A stretch of DNA of 64,000 nucleotides from a candidate division FCPU426 bacterium (GCA_963796105.1 CAWCKJ010000010.1:39620-103619), one strand, 5' to 3'; counted from the stretch's first letter, positions 47,389 through 58,593 are shown. Numbers and translations: made by a program. The notes: a model not told the origin generated them from the letters alone.

Positions 47389-49143
47389 ATGCCTGAATCC
47401 ATGAAAAAGCGCCTGGGCGAAATGCTCGTGGATGAAGGAATCATTACCGAAGAGCAGCTTCAAGAGGCACTTCATGAGCAAAAGATCAAAGGCGGAAGGC
47501 TTGAAAAAATCCTGATAAGCCAAGGTTATGTAACCCAAGAAGTCATCATGGCTTTCGTGGGAACCCAACTGGGCATTCCCCACGTTAACTTGAATGAAAT
47601 TGGCGATATCCCATCTGAAGTGGTTTTTTCCGTCCCGGAATCCATCGCAATCAATCATTGCTTAATTCCTATAGTCAAAAAAGATAATAAAATTACAGTT
47701 GCCATGGCAGATCCTTTGAATGTATTTGCTATTGACGATATAAAAATGACAACTTCTTTTGAGGTGGAACCTGCAATTGCCAGCGAGACTGAAATAAGAG
47801 CGTTGCAGGCTAAATACTTTGGAACTGCCGCATCCGGTGGGGGTGGAGCTGCGGAAGCTGGCGGCGACATGCAAGAAATTATTAATTCCATGGGCGCTGA
47901 CAGTAATTTGGAGGTGATGGAAGAAAAAGATGAGGAAGTTGATATTTCTAAATTGGAAGCTGCCGGTGAGGATGCCCCAGTTGTCCGTTTAGTCAACCTG
48001 ATTTTGACTGAGGCGGTAAGGGTGGGAGCAAGCGACATCCACATCGAACCCTATGAGAAGAATTTGCGCTGCAGGTATAGGATTGATGGTGTCTTGCATG
48101 AGGTGCAATCGCCACCTAGATCATTATCAGCCGCAATTTCTTCACGAATAAAGATCATGTCTTCATTGGATATTGCTGAAAGGCGCCTTCCGCAGGACGG
48201 TAGGATCAAAATAAAAGTTTTGGGAAAAGAGATTGATATAAGAGTTTCAATTTGTCCGATACAATTTGGGGAGAAAATCGTTATGCGCATATTGGATGCG
48301 TCCAATTTAAGCCTAGATTTACCCAAGTTGGGCTTCGAAGATGATGTTCTTCCCAAGTTTGAGAAGGCAATTCTGGAACCCTATGGTTTAGTATTGGCGA
48401 CGGGGCCAACAGGGTCAGGTAAATCCACAACTCTTTACTCCGCGCTTCATTACATCAATAATCCGGATGTCAATATCTCAACCATTGAGGATCCTGTAGA
48501 ATACAACCTTCACGGCATTAACCAAGTAAATGCGAAATCTTCAATCGGTCTTACCTTTGCGGCGGGTCTAAGATCGTTTCTGAGGCAGGATCCCGATATT
48601 ATTATGGTGGGTGAAATCCGGGATAAAGAAACAGCTGAGATAGCAATTAACGCGGCCTTAACAGGCCACTTGGTGTTTTCAACTCTGCATACCAATGATG
48701 CGCCTGGCGCTGTCACTCGTATGGGAAATATGGGCGTGGAACCGTTTTTAATAACTTCAACAGTTCATTGCGTTGTTGCGCAACGTTTGATGCGTAGGAT
48801 CTGCAAAGATTGTAAAGAGGGTTATGAAGCACCCCCGGAAATATTAGATGAACTCTTGGTAAATTCTGGTTCGACTGAAACTACGATGTTGTATCGCGGG
48901 GTAGGCTGCTCGACTTGTTCCAATACGGGTTATAAAGGCCGGATGGCCATCCATGAAGTTTTACTATTGAACGAGGATTTTCGAAAAGGAATTTTGCAAC
49001 GTAAATCCTCGAATGAATTGAAGAAAATAGCCCGGGAGGGCGGTATGCAAACCCTTCGCGAGTGCGGGGTTAGGAAGGTTTTGAAGGGTTTGACTACCGT
49101 AGAGGAGCTTTTGCGAGTTGCCCATGCGGACGAAGAAGATTAA
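47389..49143 (+). CDS. pilB: type IV pilus assembly ATPase (GspE/PilB family)
   Basis: N-terminal T2SSE_N domain. Walker A GPTGSGKSTT. Asp/His boxes. Tetracysteine CKDC...CSTC zinc motif. Confidence 0.9.
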   Translation: MPESMKKRLGEMLVDEGIITEEQLQEALHEQKIKGGRLEKILISQGYVTQEVIMAFVGTQLGIPHVNLNEIGDIPSEVVFSVPESIAINHCLIPIVKKDNKITVAMADPLNVFAIDDIKMTTSFEVEPAIASETEIRALQAKYFGTAASGGGGAAEAGGDMQEIINSMGADSNLEVMEEKDEEVDISKLEAAGEDAPVVRLVNLILTEAVRVGASDIHIEPYEKNLRCRYRIDGVLHEVQSPPRSLSAAISSRIKIMSSLDIAERRLPQDGRIKIKVLGKEIDIRVSICPIQFGEKIVMRILDASNLSLDLPKLGFEDDVLPKFEKAILEPYGLVLATGPTGSGKSTTLYSALHYINNPDVNISTIEDPVEYNLHGINQVNAKSSIGLTFAAGLRSFLRQDPDIIMVGEIRDKETAEIAINAALTGHLVFSTLHTNDAPGAVTRMGNMGVEPFLITSTVHCVVAQRLMRRICKDCKEGYEAPPEILDELLVNSGSTETTMLYRGVGCSTCSNTGYKGRMAIHEVLLLNEDFRKGILQRKSSNELKKIAREGGMQTLRECGVRKVLKGLTTVEELLRVAHADEED

Positions 49144-49174
49144 CGCTTGATTTTGAAAGAAGAAAGGTGGTTTT

Positions 49175-50239
49175 ATGGTTAATATTGACACGCTTTTGCG
49201 TTTAATGTTCGAAAGAAATGCCTCCGACCTCCACATAACTGCTGGTGCCCCTCCGATGTTAAGAGTGGACGGTGTCATCACTCCCACTGAATATGAGAAA
49301 CTCAGGCCCGAGACTACTCAACAATTGATATACAGTATTTTGACGGACGAGCAGAAAGAAAAATTCGAAAAAGATAATGAATTGGATGTTTCTTTTGGGG
49401 TCGAAGGCGTAGGCCGAGTCAGGATGAATGTTTTCCAACAAAGGGGTGCTGTAGCGGCCGCTCTTAGGAATATACCCACCACTATTCGTAATTTTGATGA
49501 CCTCAAGTTGCCTGCTATTGTTCAAGATATTGTTAAATTGCCCAAAGGCCTGGTATTGGTGACCGGGCCCACGGGTTCTGGAAAATCGACGACTTTAGCG
49601 GCCATGATTGATTGGATTAACTCGAATCGTCAAAGTCATATCATCACCATTGAGGACCCGATTGAGTATGTGCACACGCATAAATCTTGTATCGTGAATC
49701 AACGGGAAGTCGGAACTGACACGCACACATTTACTTCGGCTTTAAAATATGCATTGCGGGAAGATCCGGATGTGATATTGATCGGGGAAATGCGTGACTT
49801 GGAAACGATCAATGCGGCCTTGACGATTGCAGAGACGGGACATCTGGTATTTGCGACTCTTCATACAGTGGATGCGATTCAAACGGTTAATCGCATTATT
49901 GATGTGTTCCCCGCATCTCAACAGCAACAGGTTCGGGCGCAAATATCGTTTGTCCTTCAATCTATTTTATCTCAACAGCTGCTTCCAAAGGCATATGGTT
50001 CCGGGCGTGTTGTGGCAATAGAGGTTCTTATACCAACTGCGGCAGTTCGGAATTTGATAAGGGAAGAAAAAATCCATCAAATTTATTCTGCTATGCAAAC
50101 GGGTACGGAATATGGGATGCAAACCATGAACCAAGCCCTATTTGAGCTTTATCAAAAACAACAAGTAAGTTACAACGAAATATTCTCCAGAACTTTGGAT
50201 CCGAAGGAATTGCAGCGCATGGTAAAAGGTGTCATTTAA
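49175..50239 (+). CDS. pilT: type IV pilus retraction ATPase
   Basis: PilT N-terminal signature (ASDLHITAGAPPMLRVDG), Walker A GPTGSGKSTT and AIRNLIRE motif. Confidence 0.9.
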   Translation: MVNIDTLLRLMFERNASDLHITAGAPPMLRVDGVITPTEYEKLRPETTQQLIYSILTDEQKEKFEKDNELDVSFGVEGVGRVRMNVFQQRGAVAAALRNIPTTIRNFDDLKLPAIVQDIVKLPKGLVLVTGPTGSGKSTTLAAMIDWINSNRQSHIITIEDPIEYVHTHKSCIVNQREVGTDTHTFTSALKYALREDPDVILIGEMRDLETINAALTIAETGHLVFATLHTVDAIQTVNRIIDVFPASQQQQVRAQISFVLQSILSQQLLPKAYGSGRVVAIEVLIPTAAVRNLIREEKIHQIYSAMQTGTEYGMQTMNQALFELYQKQQVSYNEIFSRTLDPKELQRMVKGVI

Positions 50240-50265
50240 TAAAATAAAAGAAAAAGGTTAATCCC

Positions 50266-51480
50266 ATGCCTCTCTTTAAATTCAAAGCTCGGAACAATTT
50301 AGGGAAGGTAACTGAGGGCACTCAGGAAGCCGAAAATGAAGCGGCTGTTGGGGCTCTATTGCGCCAGAGGCGATTAGAGGTTATTTCTGTTTCGCCCGCG
50401 AGTAGTTTTGGGGCCATTTTTGCTTCAATGCTTAAAAAAGGTGGAAATGTCAAAACCATTGACATTGTGGTATTCAGTCGACAATTCTCGACCATGATTA
50501 ACGCCGGCCTTCCTATTTTGCAGGGGTTGACGATAGTAGCGGAACAAGCCGAGAATCCCAGTTTTCGTGTCATCATGACTAAAGTCAGGGATGATATTTC
50601 TAATGGCGTCCCACTGTCAGAAGCTATGGCAAAACACCCGAAAGTTTTTTCTGCTCTTTACGTTAATATGGTTAAGGCTGGGGAACAAGGCGGTATTTTG
50701 GACGTTATTTTTGAAAGGTTGTCGGAGTATTTGGAAAAATCAGAGGGAGTAAGCCGAAAAATTAAATCCGCCATGATGTATCCCGCAGTTGTTTTTTCTG
50801 TTGCGATTTTGGTTGTGATATTTTTGATGGTAAAGGTAATTCCGACTTTCGAAACAGTATTTGCGGGTTTTGGCGCTAAGTTACCAGCTCCGACATTGGT
50901 TGTTATTGCTATCAGTCATTTTTTAACGAGCAAAAAAGCAGTTTTTATTTTGATTTTTGGAGTCGCTTTTTATGTTGCGTTACAATTATACAGAAAGACA
51001 AAAACAGGTGCGTATAATTGGGACAAAATGATGATGAGTTTACCTGTCCTTGGTGTTTTATTACGGAAGGGTGCAGTCGCTAAATTCGCTCGAACTTTGG
51101 GTACTTTGATAAAATCCGGGGTCCCAATTATGGATGGACTTGAAACAGTCGCCAAGACTTCGGGAAATTTAGTATTGGAAAGAGCGATATTCCACGCAAG
51201 AGATTCTGTGAAAGAAGGAAAAACCTTAACTCAACCACTAAAAGATAGTAATGTGTTTCCACCCATGGTGACACAAATGATCAATGTTGGGGAAGAAACA
51301 GGATCGCTAGATACCATGTTATCAAAAGTGGCTGATTTCTATGAAGATGAGGTGGATGCGGCGGTGGAAGGATTAACATCTATTATCGAGCCGATTTTAA
51401 TTGTTTTTTTAGGGGTTACCCTTGGATTTATAGTGGTGGCCATGTTTATGCCAATATTTATGTTGGGAAGTATCGTTTAA
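50266..51480 (+). CDS. pilC: type IV pilus inner-membrane platform protein (GspF/PilC family)
   Basis: Two T2SSF repeats, 3 TM helices. 404 aa. Confidence 0.9.
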   Translation: MPLFKFKARNNLGKVTEGTQEAENEAAVGALLRQRRLEVISVSPASSFGAIFASMLKKGGNVKTIDIVVFSRQFSTMINAGLPILQGLTIVAEQAENPSFRVIMTKVRDDISNGVPLSEAMAKHPKVFSALYVNMVKAGEQGGILDVIFERLSEYLEKSEGVSRKIKSAMMYPAVVFSVAILVVIFLMVKVIPTFETVFAGFGAKLPAPTLVVIAISHFLTSKKAVFILIFGVAFYVALQLYRKTKTGAYNWDKMMMSLPVLGVLLRKGAVAKFARTLGTLIKSGVPIMDGLETVAKTSGNLVLERAIFHARDSVKEGKTLTQPLKDSNVFPPMVTQMINVGEETGSLDTMLSKVADFYEDEVDAAVEGLTSIIEPILIVFLGVTLGFIVVAMFMPIFMLGSIV

Positions 51481-51683
51481 CAAAATTGTGTATTATATAA
51501 AAATATTTCGATTGTTTTCCATAAAGGGGGAATATATTAAGCAGCTAGTGGATGTTTTTTGGGCGGAGTTTTAAACTCGCAGAACTTCATACTAAACATT
51601 TACGCAAAACAAAGTTAAACAGGAGCCGTATTTTATAATAGGTTTTAAAATAAAATTCTAAGTTTTGCGATGAGGATGAAATC

Positions 51684-52784
51684 ATGAGTTTTTTTTCAAA
51701 AGGTGTTGTTGGTTTAGACATCGGAACTTCAAGTGTTAAGGTTGTTCAATTAAAACAAAATGCTGGCCAGTGGCGACTAGTTTCTATGGGAATTTCCGAA
51801 TTGCCGAAGGAAGTGCAGGAAAATGCCAATCAGGGAGCTTCGAAAAACATAATAATCGACTCCATAAAAAAACTCTTTAAAGAGAGCGGCATAAGTACAA
51901 AAAAAGTGGTGACTGCTTTATCGGGTGATTCGGTCATAATTCGCTATGTAAAACTACCTTTTATGACTAATGAGGAATTGAAGGCGGCGATTCCGAGGGA
52001 AGCGGAACAATATATCCCGCTAAACTTGGATCAGGTTGTTCTTGATTTTCAGATTTTGGGTGAAACCCAGGAAGATGGACAAAAAAAATTAGACGTATTA
52101 TTAGTTGCCGCGAAGGTTGATGTGGTTGATCAACATTTATCCCTTTTGAAATCAATTGGGTTGACGCCTTCTATTATTGATGTGGATGCGTTTGCTTTGG
52201 AAAATGCATATGAAATAAATCGAACTGAGCAGGGAGAAGAGACAATCGCTTTAATTAATCTAGGCGCATCTTTGACGACCATCAATATACTTGAGGGAAA
52301 AAATACCAGGTTTACACGTGATATTCCAGTTGCCGGAAATGATTTTACCAAAGAAATTCAAAAGGAGTTTAATTTAAAGTTTTCTGAAGCTGAAGAGCTA
52401 AAAAAGTCGCATGGCGCAATTTCCATGGAGGAAGATGATTTTAATTTATCTGCAATTACTCAAAAAGATGATCGGGTTTTGAGAATGTCAGATGTAATGA
52501 CTCCGGTGTTAAACAAACTTTTGGGCGAAATTCGACGTTCATTTGATTATTACGAAACACAATCCCGGAAGAAAACAGTTGAGCGGGTTATCCTTTTAGG
52601 GGGGAGCGCGAAATTAAAAAATGTGAATAGGTTTTTAGCGAGCAAGTTAGGCATCCCAGTAGAGAATTTCTCCGCTTTTAGGAACATCGAGGTTGGTAAA
52701 AACATTGACTCGGAACAACTATCTGAAAAAGAGGTTTATATGGGGGTCTGTTTGGGCTTAGCACTTCGGCAAACGGAATCTTAA
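51684..52784 (+). CDS. pilM: type IV pilus assembly protein PilM (actin-like ATPase fold)
   Basis: N-terminal VVGLDIGTSSVKVVQL and C-terminal ILLGGSAKL actin-fold motifs. Position upstream of pilNOPQ. Confidence 0.85.
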   Translation: MSFFSKGVVGLDIGTSSVKVVQLKQNAGQWRLVSMGISELPKEVQENANQGASKNIIIDSIKKLFKESGISTKKVVTALSGDSVIIRYVKLPFMTNEELKAAIPREAEQYIPLNLDQVVLDFQILGETQEDGQKKLDVLLVAAKVDVVDQHLSLLKSIGLTPSIIDVDAFALENAYEINRTEQGEETIALINLGASLTTINILEGKNTRFTRDIPVAGNDFTKEIQKEFNLKFSEAEELKKSHGAISMEEDDFNLSAITQKDDRVLRMSDVMTPVLNKLLGEIRRSFDYYETQSRKKTVERVILLGGSAKLKNVNRFLASKLGIPVENFSAFRNIEVGKNIDSEQLSEKEVYMGVCLGLALRQTES

Positions 52785-52787
52785 TAC

Positions 52788-53342
52788 ATGATAAGAATAA
52801 ATCTAATACCGGTTAAGGAAAAGAAGAAACGTAGAGAATTATTCATTGTTTTCTGCGTTGTGATTGTATTGGTTTTGATAGCTTTTGGTATGGCTTGGGT
52901 TTATGGTTCGCGTATGAGCGAGAAAAATAATCTCAATAAAAAGATTAAACAAGTTGAGGATGAATCGAAGGAATATGAGGAAAAAATAAACGAAGAGAAA
53001 GACCTCGAGGCCAAAGAAGCCAGTTTGGAAACATTTAAAAAGACTGTAAAAGGAGTGACGGATACACAAAGAAAAGTTCTGGTTGCCATGGATCAATTAG
53101 CTTTAAACCTTCCGGAAGGGGTTTGGCTTACTAAGGTGAGTCAAGGTCGTGATAAAGATAGTGATTTATACACTGTCGAGGGGTATTCTTATTCTGCGCA
53201 CGACTTGCAAATTTACTTGAATTCCCTCCGAAAACCAGGCGGGATGTTCAAAGATGTTCAGCTTATAACCACAGATAATATTTTATCTCTCGCTGGTAAT
53301 AAATTCAAAATAACTACAAGAGTTATGGATACCAACTCATGA
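52788..53342 (+). CDS. pilN: type IV pilus assembly protein PilN
   Basis: INLIP N-terminus (MIRINLIP), single TM, coiled-coil. Synteny. Confidence 0.7.
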   Translation: MIRINLIPVKEKKKRRELFIVFCVVIVLVLIAFGMAWVYGSRMSEKNNLNKKIKQVEDESKEYEEKINEEKDLEAKEASLETFKKTVKGVTDTQRKVLVAMDQLALNLPEGVWLTKVSQGRDKDSDLYTVEGYSYSAHDLQIYLNSLRKPGGMFKDVQLITTDNILSLAGNKFKITTRVMDTNS

Positions 53343-53884
53343 AAATCACTCCTTTACAGCAATATATAATATTGGGTGTAGTGTTTTTCGCTGGGTTAGT
53401 ATTTTTGTATTATCAATTTCTTCTAAAACCTTTGAATTCAGATATCGTGAATTTAAGAACAACTTTGGAACAAAAACAAAAAGATTTAGAAGAAGCTAAG
53501 AAAATCGTGGCTAAATATGTTGAGTTTAAAAAGCGCGCGGATTCTGTTCAAAGAGAATTGGAATACATTCAAAATAGAATCCCGAAAACAATTGACAGGG
53601 CGAAATTGATGGAGATGGTAAATTTAATCCAAGACAGGACAAGAATTGTGTTAACTAATTTTTCTTTTTCAGGAAGTCCAACATCGAAAGATTCTTGGGT
53701 GGAAATTCCAATAAAGTTATCATTCAATTCGAGTTTTAAAGGATTATTGGAATTTTTATATCAAATTAACATTTCGAATTTACTTATGATAGTTAGGGAT
53801 GTGAATATTTCCTCGCAGCTAGATCCGCTTGGAATTTATACTTTAAAAGCGGATTTGATATTAAACGGGATTCAAGCGAAATGA
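53339..53884 (+). CDS. pilO: type IV pilus assembly protein PilO
   Basis: Single N-terminal TM, coiled-coil, C-terminal ferredoxin-like domain. Synteny. Confidence 0.65.
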   Translation: MKITPLQQYIILGVVFFAGLVFLYYQFLLKPLNSDIVNLRTTLEQKQKDLEEAKKIVAKYVEFKKRADSVQRELEYIQNRIPKTIDRAKLMEMVNLIQDRTRIVLTNFSFSGSPTSKDSWVEIPIKLSFNSSFKGLLEFLYQINISNLLMIVRDVNISSQLDPLGIYTLKADLILNGIQAK

Positions 53885-54339
53885 AAATTCAAACAAAATC
53901 GAATAAAAAGATTCTTTTATTCGCCATTTTTGGAATAGGTATAACCGCGCAATATTCCGCCTTGTGCCAGCAACAAGACGTCCCGGAACCGGTTTTCATG
54001 AATTTTTCTATTCAATCTCCTTATATTCCGACTTATCATGGTCGAGATCCCTTTTACCCATTGCAACCCTATTCGTATGATATTTCTAAAAAAGTATCAA
54101 TCGCCGATTTGGATTATCGGGGGATATTAAGTTTAGGTGACAAGGATATGGCTTTATTCTCTTGGAAGCACGATGGCAATTACAGATTCTTATTAAAATC
54201 CAGAAAATTGTATTGTAGTTCAAACAGTACAAAAAGTTCAAACGAACAGGTTGTTGATGGTATTGTGGGGGACATTACTGGCACCGAAGTTGTTTTAATA
54301 CAGGGCGAGCAAAAGATTGTTTTTTCCAGAAGAAAATAA
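53881..54339 (+). CDS. pilP: type IV pilus assembly protein PilP (putative, lipoprotein-like)
   Basis: Signal peptide and small beta domain. Position between pilO and pilQ. Confidence 0.45.
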   Translation: MKIQTKSNKKILLFAIFGIGITAQYSALCQQQDVPEPVFMNFSIQSPYIPTYHGRDPFYPLQPYSYDISKKVSIADLDYRGILSLGDKDMALFSWKHDGNYRFLLKSRKLYCSSNSTKSSNEQVVDGIVGDITGTEVVLIQGEQKIVFSRRK

Positions 54340-56752
54340 AGGAGTTTTATTAATGCCAAGAAAACGCAAGAAAACGGGAACGATTTTATTTTTTGCTTTG
54401 ATGTTCCTCATGCCGTGTTTTCTTTTGTGGGCAGGTGATGCCATAGAAATTGATTTAAGTAATGAATCTTCAACATCGAAACCCACTCCAACGCAGGTTG
54501 CGGTCAACAAAATTCCTCCAAACCAAACTAAAACAAATCTTAAAAACACGGAAAGCCAATTAACAGCGGTTTCTGCGCGCAATAAAACAAAATCAATTAT
54601 AAACAAAGTTGAAATTAAGGCGGAGGGAGAACAGACCACTCTTCTTATAAAAGGAGAAGGTCTTGTCAATAAACCCGAGGTGAAAATTATTTCTAAAACC
54701 AAAATATTGGTAACTTTTGCGAATGCGAAACTACATTTACCCAAAAAAATCACCGAGAATAAAAATCGCATAAAAACAATAAGATCTGATGCTCACGGGA
54801 AATCAGCATGGATTGTTATTGACGCCAATGGGATTAAATCCGCGACTGCAGAAAAATCCGATGATGGGTTTGCGGTTATTTTGAACGCGGGAAGTAATAC
54901 TGAAATGGACGGAAAGCTTTTGGGAAAATCCGGGTTGAACAACGAATCCACCCCAACCGCACCTTCTTTGGAAAAAAGAATATTCTCCCGTTTGACGGAT
55001 TTTTCGATAAAGCCGAGCGATAAAGGGATAAAAGTTGTATTGACTTCCGACGGCCCGGCCAAATACAACATTAGAAAAATTGGCCAACCCGAAAGATTGG
55101 TTGTATGGTTCCACAATACGAAACTAGATGTTTCTGCAAAAGAGAAAATATATAAAAACGATGATTTGGAATTGAAAAAAGGGGGATTAATTTCGATCGC
55201 GTTGCGGCAAATAGGGAAAGGGTTTTCGCCCATATCAGACGTTACTTTAATGTTGATTCCCGGAACAGTCTACAAAGTCGATCGAGATTTAAATCAAGTA
55301 GTCATTTCCTTGACTTCGCCCCCTCCTTCTGAAAAATCAAGTGAAACTGAAAAAAACGCAGAAAGAAAAGGGAACTTAAACCAATTGGTTTCTATGGATA
55401 TTGAATCGGCAGATTTATCCACTGTTTTAAAAAATATAGCTATTGAGTCTGGCTTCAGTAATGTCGATTTTGTGGGAGGCGCGATATTTGGTGTTGTAAA
55501 CGAGAAGTTTAAGGATGTCCCTTTGAAAACCGCTCTGGCTATTTTATTGACGCCGGGAAATTATGATTATGAAGTTCAAGGCAATACGTTGAGAGTAGGG
55601 CCGATAGCATCTCTGAGGGCTACTAAGAGTATCATGCCACATGTAACGGAAATCTTAAGTCCCTCCGGGGGGATGAATCTCGGGCAGTTTGATAGCTTGG
55701 TAAAATCCATTCTAAAGCCAACCAACGCAATCCAAACCAGCCCTGACTCAGTCCGCAATGTATTGGTTTTAAATGGAACGGTTTCTGATATTGAAGAATA
55801 CAAGCGAGCCATAAAGGATTTAAAACTCGATGAAAACACATCCGGTGATAGAATCACGCGAGTTGTAAAATTGAATTATGCTGATCCAACGCAAATGATA
55901 CTTATTTTAAGCGCTTATTTGACTCCTGTGGGCAAAGTGCAGCAAGATCCGCGGACAAACGATCTGGTGATATGGGAAGTCGCAAGCAATATGGGGGTGC
56001 TTTTAGAGTTGATCAAGGAAATTGATGTTAAATCGCCTCAAGTGTTACTCGAAACAAACATGGTAGAAGTTCAAGATGAAAAAGATTTAAATCTTGGAGT
56101 TGATTTAGCTTTAACAAGACAAGTTGGCGATCCGCAAATAAATGCGAATTACGTTAACCCGGCAACTAATAATCCTGGATTTTTCGGGATCCAAACGCTT
56201 CGAAGCGGTATTAATCTCAGTGCTCAATTGTCGGCTGCGGAAGCCAGGAAAAAAGCGAAAATCATCTCAAGGCCCAGAGTTGCCACGGCCAACGGAGTCG
56301 CCGCGGAGATTGACACTGTCGAGAATGTCGTCATTGAAAATACTACACAAACCATCAACCAAAATGTCATAACTTATCAAACTAATTTTACACAATTGCC
56401 GTTGCCGATAAATTTAAAGGTAACACCTCGAATCACGGACGATGGAAGAATAACCACCAATATGGCTGTGACAGTAACTTCTCAAACAGGACCAGTCGTG
56501 GTTGCTCCTCAAACTGGGGCTCAGGGACCCCCGCCAACAAGCGTTCAGGACACCAATACTACGATTACAACAAAAAATGGCGAAACTATTGTTATCGGTG
56601 GTCTTGTGCGTTACACGGTTCAGGATTCCATGAGTGGAATTCCTCTTTTATCAAGCTTGCCAATTATTGGCACTCTCTTCCAGAATAGGACTTATACCAA
56701 TCAGAAAGTTGAATTGGTGATATTTATTACTCCCACCTTGCTGGAAGATTAA
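54317..56752 (+). CDS. pilQ: type IV pilus secretin PilQ
   Basis: C-terminal secretin domain (IVIGGLVRYTVQDSMSGIPLLSSLPIIGTLF...VELVIFITPTLL). N-terminal AMIN-like repeats and N0/N1 domains. Likely start at ATG 54353. Confidence 0.85.
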   Translation: MFFPEENKGVLLMPRKRKKTGTILFFALMFLMPCFLLWAGDAIEIDLSNESSTSKPTPTQVAVNKIPPNQTKTNLKNTESQLTAVSARNKTKSIINKVEIKAEGEQTTLLIKGEGLVNKPEVKIISKTKILVTFANAKLHLPKKITENKNRIKTIRSDAHGKSAWIVIDANGIKSATAEKSDDGFAVILNAGSNTEMDGKLLGKSGLNNESTPTAPSLEKRIFSRLTDFSIKPSDKGIKVVLTSDGPAKYNIRKIGQPERLVVWFHNTKLDVSAKEKIYKNDDLELKKGGLISIALRQIGKGFSPISDVTLMLIPGTVYKVDRDLNQVVISLTSPPPSEKSSETEKNAERKGNLNQLVSMDIESADLSTVLKNIAIESGFSNVDFVGGAIFGVVNEKFKDVPLKTALAILLTPGNYDYEVQGNTLRVGPIASLRATKSIMPHVTEILSPSGGMNLGQFDSLVKSILKPTNAIQTSPDSVRNVLVLNGTVSDIEEYKRAIKDLKLDENTSGDRITRVVKLNYADPTQMILILSAYLTPVGKVQQDPRTNDLVIWEVASNMGVLLELIKEIDVKSPQVLLETNMVEVQDEKDLNLGVDLALTRQVGDPQINANYVNPATNNPGFFGIQTLRSGINLSAQLSAAEARKKAKIISRPRVATANGVAAEIDTVENVVIENTTQTINQNVITYQTNFTQLPLPINLKVTPRITDDGRITTNMAVTVTSQTGPVVVAPQTGAQGPPPTSVQDTNTTITTKNGETIVIGGLVRYTVQDSMSGIPLLSSLPIIGTLFQNRTYTNQKVELVIFITPTLLED

Positions 56753-56775
56753 TTTTATCCTTGTTTGTAAATTGA

Positions 56776-56809
56776 TAAGCGTCTTTATAATAAAGACGCT
56801 TATTTTTTT
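56776..56809 (+). terminator. intrinsic terminator after pilQ
   Basis: TAAGCGTCTTTA-taa-TAAAGACGCTTA perfect 12-bp stem followed by TTTTTTT. Confidence 0.75.
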
Positions 56810-56899
56810 GCAGGATTTGTGATTCAAACCTTAATTAGAAAACCTATACACACAATTCATTAGGATTAACTTGTAGCCCGATAATCTTTTAAAAAGGAT

Positions 56900-58069
56900 T
56901 TGACCTTGGGAATTCGATTCTTAACCTCTGGAGAGTCACACGGAAAGGGTTTGATCGCCATACTGGAGGGATTTCCTTCTAACCTCGCCGTTTCAGTTGA
57001 TGACATTAATACGGAGCTCGCCCGCCGGCAGAAAGGTTATGGGCGTGGCGGTAGGATGAAAATTGAAAAAGATCAAGTGGAAATTTTATCTGGAGTGAGA
57101 AAGGGCATCACGCTGGGTTCGCCGATTGCGTTATTGATTAATAACCTTGATTATGAAAACTGGCGAAAAATAATGACCCCTAACTTAGAGGACGCTTTTA
57201 ATGCGAGTTCTGTTCAGCGACCACGACCTGGCCATGCTGATCTTCCCGGGGGTATCAAATACAACCAGAACGACTTGAGAAACATATTGGAGAGAGCCAG
57301 TGCACGCGAGACTGCCATAAGGGTTGCAGCAGGCGCCGTGGCTAAGAAATTTTTAACCCAATTTGGGATTTCCATTCAAAGCCATGTGATTCAACTGGGT
57401 GCGGTAAAGGTCAATCAACGAAAGTTACGGTTACAAAAAATCAATCAATTGGCAGATCGTTCTCCTGTGAGAATGTTGGAAGAAAATGCATCGAGAAAAG
57501 CCGTGTCTCAGATCGATCAGTCGCGGGAAAAAGGCAATACCCTTGGGGGTGTCTTTGAAATCGTTGCTACTGGGGTTCCGGTTGGTATTGGCAGCCATGT
57601 TCAATGGGATAGGAAATTAGACGCACGGTTAGCATATTCCTTGATGAGTATGCAAGCCATTAAAGGCGTTGAGATAGGCCGGGGTTTTGAAAACGCTGGT
57701 AAATTAGGTTCGGAAGTCCATGATGAAATTATGTTCACTAAAAAAAGAGGATTTTACCATTTCACTAATAATGCCGGAGGAATAGAAGGCGGAATTTCCA
57801 ACGGAGAACCTATTGTGTTACGGGCTGCCATGAAGCCGATTTCAACACTTCGGCGACCTCTTCGTTCCATCAATATTCAGACCAAGAAAATCGTCAAGGC
57901 GACTTATGAAAGATCCGATATATGCGCATTGCCCGCGGCTTCGATCATTGGAGAGGCATTATGCGCTTGGGTTTTAGCCGACGGTTTCATGGAAAAATTC
58001 GGGGGTGATTTTATGGAGGAAATCCTTAAACGCCACCAAATATATTTAAACCATATCAAACGGTACTAA
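56900..58069 (+). CDS. aroC: chorismate synthase
   Basis: GESHG and RPGHADL motifs and conserved C-terminal region. 389 aa. The start may be a TTG. Confidence 0.9.
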   Translation: MTLGIRFLTSGESHGKGLIAILEGFPSNLAVSVDDINTELARRQKGYGRGGRMKIEKDQVEILSGVRKGITLGSPIALLINNLDYENWRKIMTPNLEDAFNASSVQRPRPGHADLPGGIKYNQNDLRNILERASARETAIRVAAGAVAKKFLTQFGISIQSHVIQLGAVKVNQRKLRLQKINQLADRSPVRMLEENASRKAVSQIDQSREKGNTLGGVFEIVATGVPVGIGSHVQWDRKLDARLAYSLMSMQAIKGVEIGRGFENAGKLGSEVHDEIMFTKKRGFYHFTNNAGGIEGGISNGEPIVLRAAMKPISTLRRPLRSINIQTKKIVKATYERSDICALPAASIIGEALCAWVLADGFMEKFGGDFMEEILKRHQIYLNHIKRY

Positions 58070-58077
58070 ATTTTCTC

Positions 58078-58593
58078 ATGATTCCCCATGATAACATCAT
58101 CTTAGTTGGTTTTATGGGTTCTGGAAAAACGACCACAGGTAAAGAATTGGCGCAGTTGATCCGGTACAATTTCTGGGATATTGATCACTGGATTGAGGAA
58201 AAAAATTTCAAGAAAGTCAGCGACATATTCCGTGATGAGGGTGAAGCTTCATTTCGAATTCAAGAAAAAGAAGCTATCCAATGGTTTACAGGAAGGAAAA
58301 AATACGTAGTTTCAACAGGTGGAGGTATTTGGATTAATGAAGAGAATCGTAAGCAGCTGTTGGAATTGGGTTTGTGTATATGGCTAAAAGTATCGCCCAA
58401 ACAGGTTTTTGATAGGATCAAACATAGTTTGCCTCAGAGGCCGCTTTTGGCGAGGGAGCCGGACCCATTGAAAAAGATTACAGAACTGATGGAAATGAGA
58501 AATGTCTTCTATGAACAAACGCAATTCTCGATAAATACTGACGGAAAACAGCCCAAAGAAGTCGCAATCGAAATAGAAAAAATATTGGAATGA
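58078..58593 (+). CDS. aroK: shikimate kinase
   Basis: P-loop GFMGSGKTT, DxD and LID region. 171 aa. pilQ-aroK-aroB-type synteny. Confidence 0.9.
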   Translation: MIPHDNIILVGFMGSGKTTTGKELAQLIRYNFWDIDHWIEEKNFKKVSDIFRDEGEASFRIQEKEAIQWFTGRKKYVVSTGGGIWINEENRKQLLELGLCIWLKVSPKQVFDRIKHSLPQRPLLAREPDPLKKITELMEMRNVFYEQTQFSINTDGKQPKEVAIEIEKILE